Positions 18,690 through 28,975 are shown, counted from the first letter of the stretch. The stretch is DNA of 64,000 nucleotides from a virus (IMGVR_UViG_3300013121_000004:41903-105902); one strand, 5' to 3'. Notes: generated by a model not told the origin, from the sequence alone. Translations and numbers: made by a program.

Positions 18690-18885
18690 TACATACACTC
18701 GTATATGCTATGTGTGTATGCGTATGTATCCTCAATAACGGTATCATCGTATATGGTATGGTAGGTATATAGTATATCTGTGGTGTATGTATGCTATGTG
18801 TATAGTCTACCTGTGATGTATGTATGGTAATGCGGTAAGGTATACGTGGTAGCATGATAGTGCTCTACTGTCATGCTCTATGAAA
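18690..18885. repeat. G/T-skewed low-complexity tract (GTAT/TATG-rich)
   Basis: Many GTATG/GTATA units, C-poor on the plus strand. Confidence 0.7.
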
Positions 18886-18981
18886 ATGTACTCCGGTACA
18901 GGCTTTGAATGGTAGTCAAACATTTGAGAGATTTTGTGAATTTGTTAGTAGAGGGGTATCTTACTACGTTTGGGCTCAGGT

Positions 18982-19011
18982 AATAAAAACCCCACTAGAG
19001 TATAGTGGGGT
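18982..19011 (-). terminator. intrinsic terminator
   Basis: ACCCCACTA-TACTC-TAGTGGGGT then TTTTATT on the minus strand, downstream of the PRTase gene. Confidence 0.8.
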
Positions 19012-19068
19012 AGATTTTTTGATAAATAGGCGATGCGGGCCGTTGTGGTGCGTTTCAGGCGGTATTAT

Positions 19069-19455
19069 TTATGTGTTGCTGGAGAATAAACTGGTGATCC
19101 AGTGTGGGCGGTGGTGTAGTGGGTCTATGTTGCGATCGAAGATTACCAGTCCACTGATAGATGGGAATTGGTTGGTATACTCTTCGTACGCTCGGCGCAT
19201 AGACCCTCCAGTGGTATACACGTCATCGCATATCAGGAGATTGAATCTAGCGTATGAAGTGTATTGCTCCATAGCTTTCGCTAAGCGAAGTCCTCCTCTG
19301 GGGATGCCTACTACGTCGGAGAAGGGTGGGAGTCTTTGGGAGGCGATATACGCCAGTGTTTCGATGTCTCCGTCTGTCAGCGCGTCACAGTCTATTTTCC
19401 ATTCGGACTTTAATCCGCTATTGAGTGTATAGTCACCTATTTGGAATAATGTCAT
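19069..19455 (-). CDS. pyrE: orotate phosphoribosyltransferase-like type I PRTase (short)
   Basis: LNSGLKSEWKID, VVGIPRGG, PRPP-binding LICDDVYTTGGS. Confidence 0.75.
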   Translation of the reverse strand: MTLFQIGDYTLNSGLKSEWKIDCDALTDGDIETLAYIASQRLPPFSDVVGIPRGGLRLAKAMEQYTSYARFNLLICDDVYTTGGSMRRAYEEYTNQFPSISGLVIFDRNIDPLHHRPHWITSLFSSNT

Positions 19456-19456
19456 A

Positions 19457-19858
19457 TTATTTGTCTGGCTCCATTCTGTCCTTCCGATTTGTTGTATCTA
19501 CGTCTCTTGCGTGCAGTACTTCCATAAGTGACACTGTACCGAAGGTACAGTAATCAGAATGCTTCCACTCGTACAAGAACTCCAATAAGTTGGAGAGGGA
19601 AGGGTCAGCGTCCAGTACGGAGTATAACCTTTGTAGTTCGCGTAGTGTGGCTCCGGTGCGTACGGCATCTTCGTACTCTTCTACGTTGTCGAATAACCAA
19701 AACTTGAAGTTTTGCGCGTATCCTACGTTAGTGGATAGGAATTCGATTAGCTCTTTGATACCGTTTACGGTGTCGTAGAATAGCACTACTGCTGAATCTT
19801 GTTCGAATACTAATGCGTACTCTGCTACGTCATTACCCACGATTAACCTCCGGCACAT
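19457..19858 (-). CDS. hypothetical protein
   Basis: 133-aa ORF adjacent to the PRTase. Confidence 0.55.
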   Translation of the reverse strand: MCRRLIVGNDVAEYALVFEQDSAVVLFYDTVNGIKELIEFLSTNVGYAQNFKFWLFDNVEEYEDAVRTGATLRELQRLYSVLDADPSLSNLLEFLYEWKHSDYCTFGTVSLMEVLHARDVDTTNRKDRMEPDK

Positions 19859-19965
19859 TTAGTAAGAATACCCGCCTGTAGGCTTTATTGATTTGCACTC
19901 TTTGGCCTCCAGATGAGAAACATATCAGCTTCTCCACTATAATACTCTCAACTATACAGCTCCTT

Positions 19966-20457
19966 TTATCTCTTCCAAAAAATTTCGTATTTGTTCTTCT
20001 CCTTCACTGTGTCTGCTGATAGCCCTGTTATGATTATTCTGTTTGGTAGGTATTGGTTTCGTGTTTGTACAAGGTTTGTCCAATCTTCGTTAGTTATCTT
20101 CTGATCATCGCAAGCGATGATTATCGGGTACATTATTGACTCGCACTCTCTTGAATGGCCTAGCCCTATGCAATGCCCGAACTCGTGTATGGCTATCACT
20201 ACTAGGAAGTCTATGTCTAGATTCTCTAGTCCTTTCTCTTGATACTCACGTTCGTAGTATTCTAGTCCATCTGTAAATCGCACATAGCACGTCTGGAGCG
20301 GCGCAGGAGCAGCATACGCCAGTACACTTGGGCTTTCGGTGTCTGTATACCCGATGTCGAAGTTTACACCACTGTAGCCCCATACAGCGGCTGCGATGTA
20401 CATAACGATGCTAAGTAATGCTGTCATACTTTTCCTCCTATTGTAGTAGGGTAACAC
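19966..20457 (-). CDS. secreted matrixin-like (M10) zinc metalloprotease
   Basis: HEFGHCIGLGH zinc motif, Met-turn SIMYP, N-terminal hydrophobic signal (likely start MTALL). Confidence 0.85.
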   Translation of the reverse strand: MLPYYNRRKSMTALLSIVMYIAAAVWGYSGVNFDIGYTDTESPSVLAYAAPAPLQTCYVRFTDGLEYYEREYQEKGLENLDIDFLVVIAIHEFGHCIGLGHSRECESIMYPIIIACDDQKITNEDWTNLVQTRNQYLPNRIIITGLSADTVKEKNKYEIFWKR

Positions 20458-20511
20458 ACGTTTGACGCGTTGTAAAGCGCATTTGACGCGGTGATTCGTC
20501 TATGCTACCCT
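20448..20511. promoter_or_regulatory. divergent promoter pair at the strand switch
   Basis: Plus: TTGACG(20483-88)-N17-TACCCT(20506-11). Minus: TTTACA(20476-71)-N17-TACCCT(20453-48). Both have an extended TGn. Confidence 0.75.
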
Positions 20512-20538
20512 TAGTATATAACGCGAGAGTAGGAGAGT

Positions 20539-20826
20539 TTGATGGTTAAAGTATTTCACCTGTCAGTAGTCGATGAACAGTGGAACGCAGATATTGAGTT
20601 AGGAATTTTCTCCTCACTCAAGCAAGCAAAAGCGATTGCACGAAACATCTTTCCACCGCAGCCAGAATGGTACTTTAAGGACGAAATTGCAACATATATT
20701 GCAGAAGTAAGCGGGAATACCGGGGTACCGTACACACTTTCTATCTCTGTCTGGGAGATGGACGACGAGTCAGCAGTGAAAGAATACAAAGAAAATTGGC
20801 TAGGGAAAGGAGGTACGGATGACTAA
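20539..20826 (+). CDS. hypothetical protein
   Basis: AGGAG SD just downstream of the promoter. Confidence 0.65.
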   Translation: MMVKVFHLSVVDEQWNADIELGIFSSLKQAKAIARNIFPPQPEWYFKDEIATYIAEVSGNTGVPYTLSISVWEMDDESAVKEYKENWLGKGGTDD

Positions 20827-21597
20827 ATTCAAGTGCTTCTTCTTCGGACATGAAGATATATTCAAGTTGTTCTGGAAAGGTAAGCTAAACCTGCATAGTG
20901 AATGCAAGCACTGTGGGGATTTCTTCAAAGAATACCAAATCCCTGCGTCTGCTCCTAAATATCTAATGGAACAGATGATTGAGAGGCAAAGAAATAACAA
21001 CTTCATGCCTCCCAACTACAGCCACAAATGGGGAGGGCCATTATGGGAACTACGCCCCTTAGCTACAAAACACATACGACGATAGAAGAAACTGGTAGCT
21101 CATTCAGACGGATTTGCTCTATCTGTAAAAGTTGGGTTATAGACCATACTTTTATCAGGAAAACAGATCACACAGACGAATGTGAATTTCAGAAAGTAGC
21201 GATAGACGACACGGAGGAAACAATGCAAATCAGTTATAGTAATGATCAAGACCGCATGGATCGATTCGACCAAAAACTAGATGTTATTATGAATCGACTT
21301 CTGGAAGTCGTGGAAGAGATAAATAGCGTCCACGATATTGCTTCAGCAGCGTATGACGCAGTAGAATCACTAGCTGCTGAGATGGAACAGTTTCGCGATG
21401 GACTAGGCGAGAACGTACTTGAAGTCGAAACTGATTAGATGGCTTTTTCAAAAACCAAAAGACGAAGAGCGCCCTCCTCAGTGTACATGTATAGTGTTCC
21501 ATAATAACTGGGAGGGCCAAGTAATCGTATTCTCTACCGATTGCCCGTGGCACGGTGAGTATGCAGAATATAATGTCGGGCACAGGCTAAAAGACCC

Positions 21598-21948
21598 GTG
21601 GAAAGAATAATTTCAAACAGCGTAGTACGAGAAAAAGGAGAGCATATGGAGAACAACGCTAAACCACCAACGCAGGTAGTCGGTGTAGAATCCGTGGAAA
21701 GCGGATTCGTGGCAGGAGGATGGAATGACAAGGAAGAAAAGCCGGTTGAACAGCCAACCAACAAAGGCAGTATTCCTCGTATTCGCTGCCCTTTCTGTCA
21801 TAAAGATTTCCGGTCTATTTTATCGGCTTCGCATCAGAAGGCTTGTAGAAGCAAATTTATGGTCAAGTGCGAACAATGTGGAGAACGTGTACTCTACGTT
21901 AGTATTGCCAACGGTACACATGGAAACAGGTGCCTTAAGAATGACTAG
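21598..21948 (+). CDS. zinc-finger protein
   Basis: CPFC...H...C and CEQC...H...C; likely start MENN after AAGGAG. Confidence 0.55.
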   Translation: MERIISNSVVREKGEHMENNAKPPTQVVGVESVESGFVAGGWNDKEEKPVEQPTNKGSIPRIRCPFCHKDFRSILSASHQKACRSKFMVKCEQCGERVLYVSIANGTHGNRCLKND

Positions 21949-22420
21949 GATTATAGCTGCAAAGGGAGCAGAGTTACGCTGGGACTCTGATTGGCCTGAT
22001 TACTCTGAGGTCGGTAATTGGTGGCCTGTTATCGAGAAGAGCGGAAAAGTAACAGGTTTAGCTATCATCTGCCCTCAATCGAAATATAGTTTTGGTGTGC
22101 CTCATCGCCATTGGATCGACTTCATCGACGATAACGTGAAGTTTAACAGGCGTAATAAGACCACCAATCAGTTCACTTTCAAACACCCCTGCGATAATGT
22201 TTCAGTGGAGTTCAAAGACACAGGGCATATCGAGTTCACAATTATCGAGGAAGTAGAAGCGGAAGGCGCTAATGCCTGAAGTAAACGAGGGCAAGACCTT
22301 ATGCAAGACTTGCAACATAGTGAAACCTATAGACGAGTTCAATATCATGAAACTCAACGACCGTACATTACCTGTAGTGTGCTATTCTTGCGAAGAAAGA
22401 GCCAGCAAGAGGAGTAGAGA

Positions 22421-22711
22421 ATGAATCGACTAAAGCTAAACAAGAAACCAGTTATCCATGCAAAACCAGTAGATTGTCTAGGAAGATACGTAGAAGTAGG
22501 CGATATCGTGTGCTACCCCGTAAGGGCTGGTTCTTCGATGTGGCTTCAGGTAGGGGAGGTATTAGAGATTTGCTGGGAGGATGGATCTCCTAGAGTTAAG
22601 ATCATGCGAGAGGATAATCGTAAAGTAGTGTTTACTTCTTTTCCACGCTTAGCAATACTATCAGTCGATGTAAGTGAGCGACTACCTAGAGAGAGGGTTA
22701 TTGCGCAATGA
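22421..22711 (+). CDS. small beta-barrel (KOW/SH3-like) hypothetical protein
   Basis: DCLGRYVEVGDIVCY pattern; AGGAG SD. Confidence 0.55.
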   Translation: MNRLKLNKKPVIHAKPVDCLGRYVEVGDIVCYPVRAGSSMWLQVGEVLEICWEDGSPRVKIMREDNRKVVFTSFPRLAILSVDVSERLPRERVIAQ

Positions 22712-22888
22712 AAGACTTGTTTAAGGTTGCGAAAGAGCGAAAAATGTCCGATGAGCGCGGCTCATTAGCCAAACTAATATCTGACGCTACAGTGCATTTA
22801 GATAGGTGCGGAGTATGCTCCTCAATAGCTTATGTCAACAACATAGACCACGTTTGCTGGGACTGCAAAGCATGGCTGGAGATGATAA

Positions 22889-23452
22889 ATGAGCGCACCG
22901 GGTAATATGCGTAGAAGGCTAGTGAACTCCAAGGATGATTGGAGAACCCCACCTAGCTTGGTAAAAGCTATAGAGGAGCATTTTGATGTCTGGTTTACTC
23001 TAGACGCAGCAGCAGACTATAACAATAAAGTATGCGAAGCTTACTTAAGCGGGCCGCACCGCGACAACTTAGGTTGTTGGTGCGGCCTTTGCGCATCTTG
23101 GCAATCTAAATTTTTTGTTTGGTGTAATCCTCCTTATAGTATGACCAAACAATTCATCAAAAAAGCTATTGCTGAAGGCTCAGACAGACACGTATCTTGT
23201 TTGTTAGTGCCTGCTGCTACCGATACTCAATGGTGGGCTGAAGCTTACGCTAACGCAGATATGACCGTTCTTCTTACTGGAAGAGTGCCTTTCTTGGACG
23301 GAGAAACAGGTGAAACTTGGTTTATAGACAAAGATGGCAATAAGAAACAATCCAGTAACACTACTGGGAGTACTTTATTCTTCTTCGGGAGAGACTATTT
23401 GAGTATGAGTAGCTTTGATGTGTGGGATTGGAAACAATGCATCAAACCATAG
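22889..23452 (+). CDS. dam: phage DNA N6-adenine methyltransferase (Dam family)
   Basis: DDWRTPP, LDAAA, WCNPPYS, LLVPAATDTQWW, GRVPF. Confidence 0.9.
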   Translation: MSAPGNMRRRLVNSKDDWRTPPSLVKAIEEHFDVWFTLDAAADYNNKVCEAYLSGPHRDNLGCWCGLCASWQSKFFVWCNPPYSMTKQFIKKAIAEGSDRHVSCLLVPAATDTQWWAEAYANADMTVLLTGRVPFLDGETGETWFIDKDGNKKQSSNTTGSTLFFFGRDYLSMSSFDVWDWKQCIKP

Positions 23453-23512
23453 TATAATAACATCAATCGTGTTTTAAGCTGCAAGACGGCTCTACATAGT
23501 AGGAGGAAGGCT

Positions 23513-24424
23513 ATGGGAGCCGTTATTGATATCTCGAATTGGCAATCTTGGATGCTAGGAAAATTCCCGGCTCTTAAAGACCTAGGAGTAGAGGAGATTA
23601 TTGTCAATTCAAATAACATTAGACTAGCTAACAGCTTCATCAAAGAAGCAAGAGCGGTTGGCATTCGTTGCCGTATGCTGTACTCCTATTTATATTTTGG
23701 ATTTAACGGTAGCAACGGCACTATAGATAGAATCGGTGACGAAATCTCTAAGGCGATTACAATCGCTAAAGAGAATGACATCCGTACAGTAGCAGTAGAT
23801 ATAGAGGCTGTCGGTGAATACGAGTTTCCCGGCACTACTTTTGATGGGCGCGTTAGGGACACATGGAGAGCTATCAGTTTGCTAGAAGAAGCTGGGCTTT
23901 CTGTTATGGTGTACACTTACCCGTACTACTGGACTAATCAAATGCGGAATACCGCACAATTTAGCAAGTATCCTCTATGGTTAGCGCAATGGGCCGATAA
24001 TGCTGGGGGATACAGCGAGGTGCGCACGGTTAATTTTGGGGGATGGATTAACGTAGACATCCACCAGTGGACTTCATCGACAAAAATCATGGGAAATGAC
24101 GTAGATCACAACACCATATTTACCAATATACTAGACACAATAGGGGAGAATGACATGCCTGATCCAAGAATAGACAAATTAGTCAAAGTAATGGGCGGAC
24201 AAGGGCTTATAGATGTGTGGGAAGCAGACGGAGATTCTTTGTTACTAGGCTACGAGAATCTCCAAAATACAGTAAGTCAACTTGCAGTAACAGTTAATGA
24301 GCTTACTAATACTGTTAACACCATGAAGGCTGAACAAGCCACGCTAGCGTCATCAGCAAAAGCCGACTCTGATAGAGTAGTAAATGCTATAGTGGAGCTA
24401 GTAAATGTACTTAAAAACAAGTGA
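23513..24424 (+). CDS. endolysin, GH25 muramidase with coiled-coil C-terminal domain
   Basis: IDISNWQ, AVDIE, YTYPYYW, PLWLAQW, HQWTS, DVDHN. Confidence 0.88.
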   Translation: MGAVIDISNWQSWMLGKFPALKDLGVEEIIVNSNNIRLANSFIKEARAVGIRCRMLYSYLYFGFNGSNGTIDRIGDEISKAITIAKENDIRTVAVDIEAVGEYEFPGTTFDGRVRDTWRAISLLEEAGLSVMVYTYPYYWTNQMRNTAQFSKYPLWLAQWADNAGGYSEVRTVNFGGWINVDIHQWTSSTKIMGNDVDHNTIFTNILDTIGENDMPDPRIDKLVKVMGGQGLIDVWEADGDSLLLGYENLQNTVSQLAVTVNELTNTVNTMKAEQATLASSAKADSDRVVNAIVELVNVLKNK

Positions 24425-24914
24425 ACCTAAGCCGAAAACTGTCTACGAGATAGACAAAACCATGTATCAGCTACGCGCTATCGGGTATGTAGCTGAAATC
24501 TTTTCCGTGTTACTGGTGCTTGCTTGGGCTTTTCCTTTGTTCTTCTTTGACGCATTTGAAAAGCAGACCGTGTACTATGCCAGCATGTTGGCAATTATGC
24601 CAGACTATATGTGGGCACTATGCGCTTTTGGTTGCTCCATTATAGACGTAGGAAGCCATATAGTAGGTATAGGTCATCGAAAATCAGGAATGTTGATGAG
24701 AGCTTTAGGTACTGCTGGTATAGCTGTATTTTTTGGAATAATAGCTTGGATAGGACTGTTGACCAACTGCCTCGTACCATACCCATATCTTCACCTAGTG
24801 ATGTCTGCGCTAGCATTGCTAGGATCTTCTTTAGCATTAGCAGATACTAGAGAAATAGTAAACAAGGAAGAGGCTTTTGCTATTATAGTTCCTAGAAAAG
24901 GGAGTGGCGAATGA
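24405..24914 (+). CDS. multi-TM membrane protein, holin candidate
   Basis: About four hydrophobic segments, directly after the endolysin. Confidence 0.6.
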   Translation: MYLKTSEPKPKTVYEIDKTMYQLRAIGYVAEIFSVLLVLAWAFPLFFFDAFEKQTVYYASMLAIMPDYMWALCAFGCSIIDVGSHIVGIGHRKSGMLMRALGTAGIAVFFGIIAWIGLLTNCLVPYPYLHLVMSALALLGSSLALADTREIVNKEEAFAIIVPRKGSGE

Positions 24915-25273
24915 AGGACATAGGCGCTTTAGAGCCTCTTATAGGCTTAATCGCTACTGCTATTACTGGCGGGCTATTTACGTTTATTATCAATATGTTC
25001 ATAGTTCGACAGAAGAATGGCACGGTAAAGGCTACTGCCGCCGAGGAACTATGGGAACTAATGGCCAACCAATTAGAGCGTAATAGATTAGAGATCATTG
25101 AAAGTAAAGCAGAAATGGCTGCGTTACGTATTGAGTTAGAAAAGACTAAAGCAGATGCAGCATCCCAATTACTATCAGCTAAGGTAAGAGAAGCGGAATT
25201 ACTTAAAGAAATAAATCTGCTTCGTGAGCAGATTACTGAACTAAAGGACAAAATAGTCGGTGCCGGTATATAA
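24911..25273 (+). CDS. 1-TM plus coiled-coil protein (holin/lysis accessory)
   Basis: N-terminal TM helix then heptads; in lysis cassette. Confidence 0.6.
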   Translation: MKDIGALEPLIGLIATAITGGLFTFIINMFIVRQKNGTVKATAAEELWELMANQLERNRLEIIESKAEMAALRIELEKTKADAASQLLSAKVREAELLKEINLLREQITELKDKIVGAGI

Positions 25274-25341
25274 GTATTGCAATAAATTGCAAATACAGAT
25301 ATATTAGATGTATCTTACATCTCGAAAAGGGAGATACATCT

Positions 25342-26568
25342 ATGCATATTCTATGGATGGGCGATGCCGGTAGTAACACTGGATTTGCAAGAGTTACTGA
25401 CACTATTTGTCGAGGCATGCTGGCCCAACGAGACGACCTACGTATTGACGTATTGGCTGTAAACTTTAGAGGAGAGCTACCAGCAGCGCTAGAGAACGTA
25501 AAGTTTCCGTATAAACTTCTAGTGCCTACAATTTATAATTCTTCGGACTTGTTTGGCGTTTCACGTATTAAAGAGTTAATGCTGAAGACCAAGTACGACG
25601 CTATTATTATTCTAAACGACATACCAGTAATTCGAGAATATATGACTTATATCAAGTCGCTTGTAGGGCAAGTTCCTTGGATTCCGCCTGTTATCGTATA
25701 CACTCCTATCGATTCGTATAACATGCCATCTTCGTGGAGCGAAGTAGCGAACTCTGTTGATAAGGTAATTACTTACACAGAAACAGGCAAGAAGGAACTT
25801 ATTAAGTGCGGGACTAGAGAAGACCTTATTAGGGTAGCACCGCACGGTAACAGTAATGAATTCTACAAAGCTTCTCCTGATAATCCTGCATTCGTGCCGG
25901 ACTGGGAAGGTAAGCCAATCGGCGCTTGGAGCAGAGATCATATAAAGGCTGCTGCCGGTATGGATGGGCGGTTCATGACTTTATGGGCTGATCGAAATAG
26001 TGAGCGCAAGAATCTACCCGGCTTCCTTCGTGCAATAGCTCCTCTTATGCATAAGTACAAAGACATGACTGTGTGGTTGCATTGCTATAAACAGGATGTA
26101 GGTGGCAATGTTCAAGACCATGTAGAGACTGCGGGGCTGCTTGATACTGGTCGCGTATACATTACTCCTAATCTATTCCCCGGACATGAGATACCAGATT
26201 GGCACCTCAATGCTATTTACAATCATGCGGACTTAAAAGTGTCTTCTTCCCTTGGGGAAGGCTGGGGCTTGACTAATGTAGAGGCATTACAAGCAGGCAC
26301 TCCTGTTATCACGCTTAATAGTCCGATTAACGAAGAGATCTTCGGGGCGTCTGTAGCGCAAATTGATAAAGGATGGACGCAGTATGCTGCCAGAGGCGGA
26401 GAAATGTACTACCCAAGTATCACACACATGACAGAACTTATTGAGCACATGTATGAGCATCCCGGATACCGGAACTATGTGGCCGAACAGGGGTTAGAAC
26501 GTATTAAGAGATGGGATTGGAATGACTCAATTAAAGTATTCTTAGAAACGCTAGACGAGGTAGCATAA
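25342..26568 (+). CDS. glycosyltransferase, GT-B fold (GT4-like)
   Basis: TGFARV, PHG, RNSERKN, SSLGEGWGLTNVEALQAGTPVI (E-x7-E). Confidence 0.9.
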   Translation: MHILWMGDAGSNTGFARVTDTICRGMLAQRDDLRIDVLAVNFRGELPAALENVKFPYKLLVPTIYNSSDLFGVSRIKELMLKTKYDAIIILNDIPVIREYMTYIKSLVGQVPWIPPVIVYTPIDSYNMPSSWSEVANSVDKVITYTETGKKELIKCGTREDLIRVAPHGNSNEFYKASPDNPAFVPDWEGKPIGAWSRDHIKAAAGMDGRFMTLWADRNSERKNLPGFLRAIAPLMHKYKDMTVWLHCYKQDVGGNVQDHVETAGLLDTGRVYITPNLFPGHEIPDWHLNAIYNHADLKVSSSLGEGWGLTNVEALQAGTPVITLNSPINEEIFGASVAQIDKGWTQYAARGGEMYYPSITHMTELIEHMYEHPGYRNYVAEQGLERIKRWDWNDSIKVFLETLDEVA

Positions 26569-26945
26569 TGAGTAGTGAATTAGAAGAGTATCAGGACTGG
26601 GTAAAGTCTAGGCCACGATACCTTAAACCTGACGAGGTTATGCCTACTATTGTAGGCTTTTTGACTGAATTTGGTGTGCGTGATGAATATATTTCACAAA
26701 TCGAGTATGATAGAAAGGAAAGGGTTGTATTCTTCCCTTTCTTAGATCCTTATTGGTTTCGCGCTGGTCGGGTGTGGGAGAAGTTTTCGAACCTATCTGA
26801 AACACGACTAATGCCTCTCCGAGTACAGCTTGCAGCTTGTATCAGAGAAGCGGAACGTAAAGATGAAACGCATATTCTTTTCAAACCTACAAAGGGCGCG
26901 CAGCATCGAGAGAGGTTAAAGCATCTCGGAGGAACGTGTAACTAA
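26568..26945 (+). CDS. hypothetical protein
   Basis: TAATG-coupled to both neighbours. Confidence 0.65.
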   Translation: MSSELEEYQDWVKSRPRYLKPDEVMPTIVGFLTEFGVRDEYISQIEYDRKERVVFFPFLDPYWFRAGRVWEKFSNLSETRLMPLRVQLAACIREAERKDETHILFKPTKGAQHRERLKHLGGTCN

Positions 26946-28696
26946 TGTGGTTTAGAAAAAAGAACACCCAAGCAAATACTCTTGAAAAGCTAGAAGAGCG
27001 CCTCTCTGGAGGCGGTATTGGTGTGCGCTTAAATTCTAACAGTGATTTAGCTTTGGGGGGCGATAGAGGGATGCGTAGTGCCACGGCCAGCATTTCTATT
27101 GCAGACCTTATTGAGTATGAAACAGCTAGACGCCGCTACATAGATAGTGGTGGCACAGCTATGGCTGCTTCCGACTATACTCTCCCAGAAGGCTTCGATC
27201 CCGGTGCAGAACCTGATATCTCAGAAAGAATCAGGCAGCGTGCTACTCAGACTACAGTCGGTGGCGGAAATGTGCAAATCCCTGAGACGGACTCCACAGA
27301 TATTCGTGGAACCAGAAGCACACAAAGCCTCCTGTACTATCTGAGCGATGGTGTAGCTCACGCAGCTATAGACACTCTATACCAATACGTTATCGGCCCC
27401 GGCTTCGATATTGATATAGTTTACGATCACGATAATCTTCCACCTTGGTTCGACTCAGGAGCAGATAATGTTTCAGTCGTGAAGCGTAATTACACTGGTA
27501 GAGCATCAAAAAACAAAGATCGAAACATCTTCTTTGGATACCTTAATTACAAAGCTAATGACCTGAAGGATAGGTTGGATTTGGAAGAGATAGCAGTCGC
27601 TATCGCTAAAGATTCTCTCATCACAGGCGATGCTTTCGCCTACAGAGTAGACACTATTGGCTTGGACACGTATCTAGAATCATGGCAGAACGACCAGCGA
27701 GAATTTCTAGAAAACGATGTGTTCAAGATAGACGTACTCAATCCTCTTGCGGTTACTGTTGAAACTAATGAGTTCAACGACCTCATTAAAGCACAAGTAG
27801 CACAGCTAGGCGGACAAGGCGGGTCAAACAATAAGACACCTATTCCAGATCTTACAAAACTTATCCGCATGAAGTGGGGTGGAGCACCATACACAGTGTA
27901 TGGAGTACCTCATCTTAACAGCGCACTTTCAGAACTAGCCCTAAAGGCGTCACTAATTAGGGCTGCGAAAGCTTCTGCTGACCGATTCTCTATTCCTATT
28001 AGGATGCTAAAATACGGCGTTATGGCCCCCGGACAAGACGGCGGCCCTATCGCTTCAGCAGCTATGCGGGCTGAAGTAGTATCGGCTCTACAGGTTTTCA
28101 ACCCTGCTAATGAAATTCTAGCTTCTCCGTTCCACTGGGACTTGAAGCTGATCGGCGCCGAAGGTCAAGTACTTGACTTAGCCTCGCAGATAGCTGAGTG
28201 CGATCGTAGAATCATGATGGCTCTAGGTATTCCGCCTAACTTTTTGGATTCTAACTACACATCTTTTGCTACTGCGAAAATCCAGTTCTCTAATATGATT
28301 CTCAAGCTACGTGGTCTACAACTACAAGTCGCTAAGACTATAGAAGACGATATTCTTGCACGTTGGGCTGAGATGCGTGGTTATCGCACGCCTACTGGTG
28401 ATCTCATTAAGTTCAAAGTACGATGGAAGAGAGCAGACCTAGAGAGCGATACTGAAATTATCAAGCTAATCGGAACTCTCGCTAAGATTCCTAACCAGTC
28501 AATCCTTAGCATAAAGACAATCAGAGAGACATTAGGTTTTAATGACGAAACCGAAGAGCAGAACTTTGCTGTGCAGTGGGAGCAGGAAGATACGCTAGGA
28601 AATAATAATCCTAATGCAGGCCCCAACGCTCCAGCATCTAAAGACAATAACCAAGACAGTAAACCAAAAGACAATTCGCCTCCAGAAGGTGGGTAG
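26945..28696 (+). CDS. portal protein
   Basis: Size and position; ITGDAF, YGVPHL, ALGIPP...SFATA motifs. Confidence 0.8.
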   Translation: MWFRKKNTQANTLEKLEERLSGGGIGVRLNSNSDLALGGDRGMRSATASISIADLIEYETARRRYIDSGGTAMAASDYTLPEGFDPGAEPDISERIRQRATQTTVGGGNVQIPETDSTDIRGTRSTQSLLYYLSDGVAHAAIDTLYQYVIGPGFDIDIVYDHDNLPPWFDSGADNVSVVKRNYTGRASKNKDRNIFFGYLNYKANDLKDRLDLEEIAVAIAKDSLITGDAFAYRVDTIGLDTYLESWQNDQREFLENDVFKIDVLNPLAVTVETNEFNDLIKAQVAQLGGQGGSNNKTPIPDLTKLIRMKWGGAPYTVYGVPHLNSALSELALKASLIRAAKASADRFSIPIRMLKYGVMAPGQDGGPIASAAMRAEVVSALQVFNPANEILASPFHWDLKLIGAEGQVLDLASQIAECDRRIMMALGIPPNFLDSNYTSFATAKIQFSNMILKLRGLQLQVAKTIEDDILARWAEMRGYRTPTGDLIKFKVRWKRADLESDTEIIKLIGTLAKIPNQSILSIKTIRETLGFNDETEEQNFAVQWEQEDTLGNNNPNAGPNAPASKDNNQDSKPKDNSPPEGG

Positions 28697-28706
28697 GAGA
28701 TAGACA

Positions 28707-28898
28707 ATGGCACGAAGATTTTGGCAATGCGAAGGTACTATTGAGAGGTACATTGACCCTTCAACTGGTAAGCCTAGGCGCTGTACACAGAAACTGATGT
28801 TTTATGACGATATCCTTGTTAGCTTAGTCGAGCTAAGCGCAATGGTTGAGATTAAATGCCCTAGATGTAGAGCCATTTCTGGCAAAGCGTCTGACTAG
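28707..28898 (+). CDS. Com-like zinc-ribbon protein
   Basis: C...CTQKL...VEIKCPRC; AGGAG SD. Confidence 0.6.
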   Translation: MARRFWQCEGTIERYIDPSTGKPRRCTQKLMFYDDILVSLVELSAMVEIKCPRCRAISGKASD

Positions 28899-28975
28899 CA
28901 CGAGTTGACAATCGTAAAAGTGTATATGTATATTTGTACATATACACTTTACAATACCAAGCTGTTGGAGTATTA

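Noticed and set aside
18529-19432. ORFs 18529-18855 (-) and 18905-19432 (+)
   Set aside because: The first translates the low-complexity tract; the second is antisense to the PRTase and crosses its terminator
25342-26945. Terminase in its usual position before the portal
   Set aside because: No Walker A/B or nuclease motifs; the large ORF is clearly a GT-B glycosyltransferase
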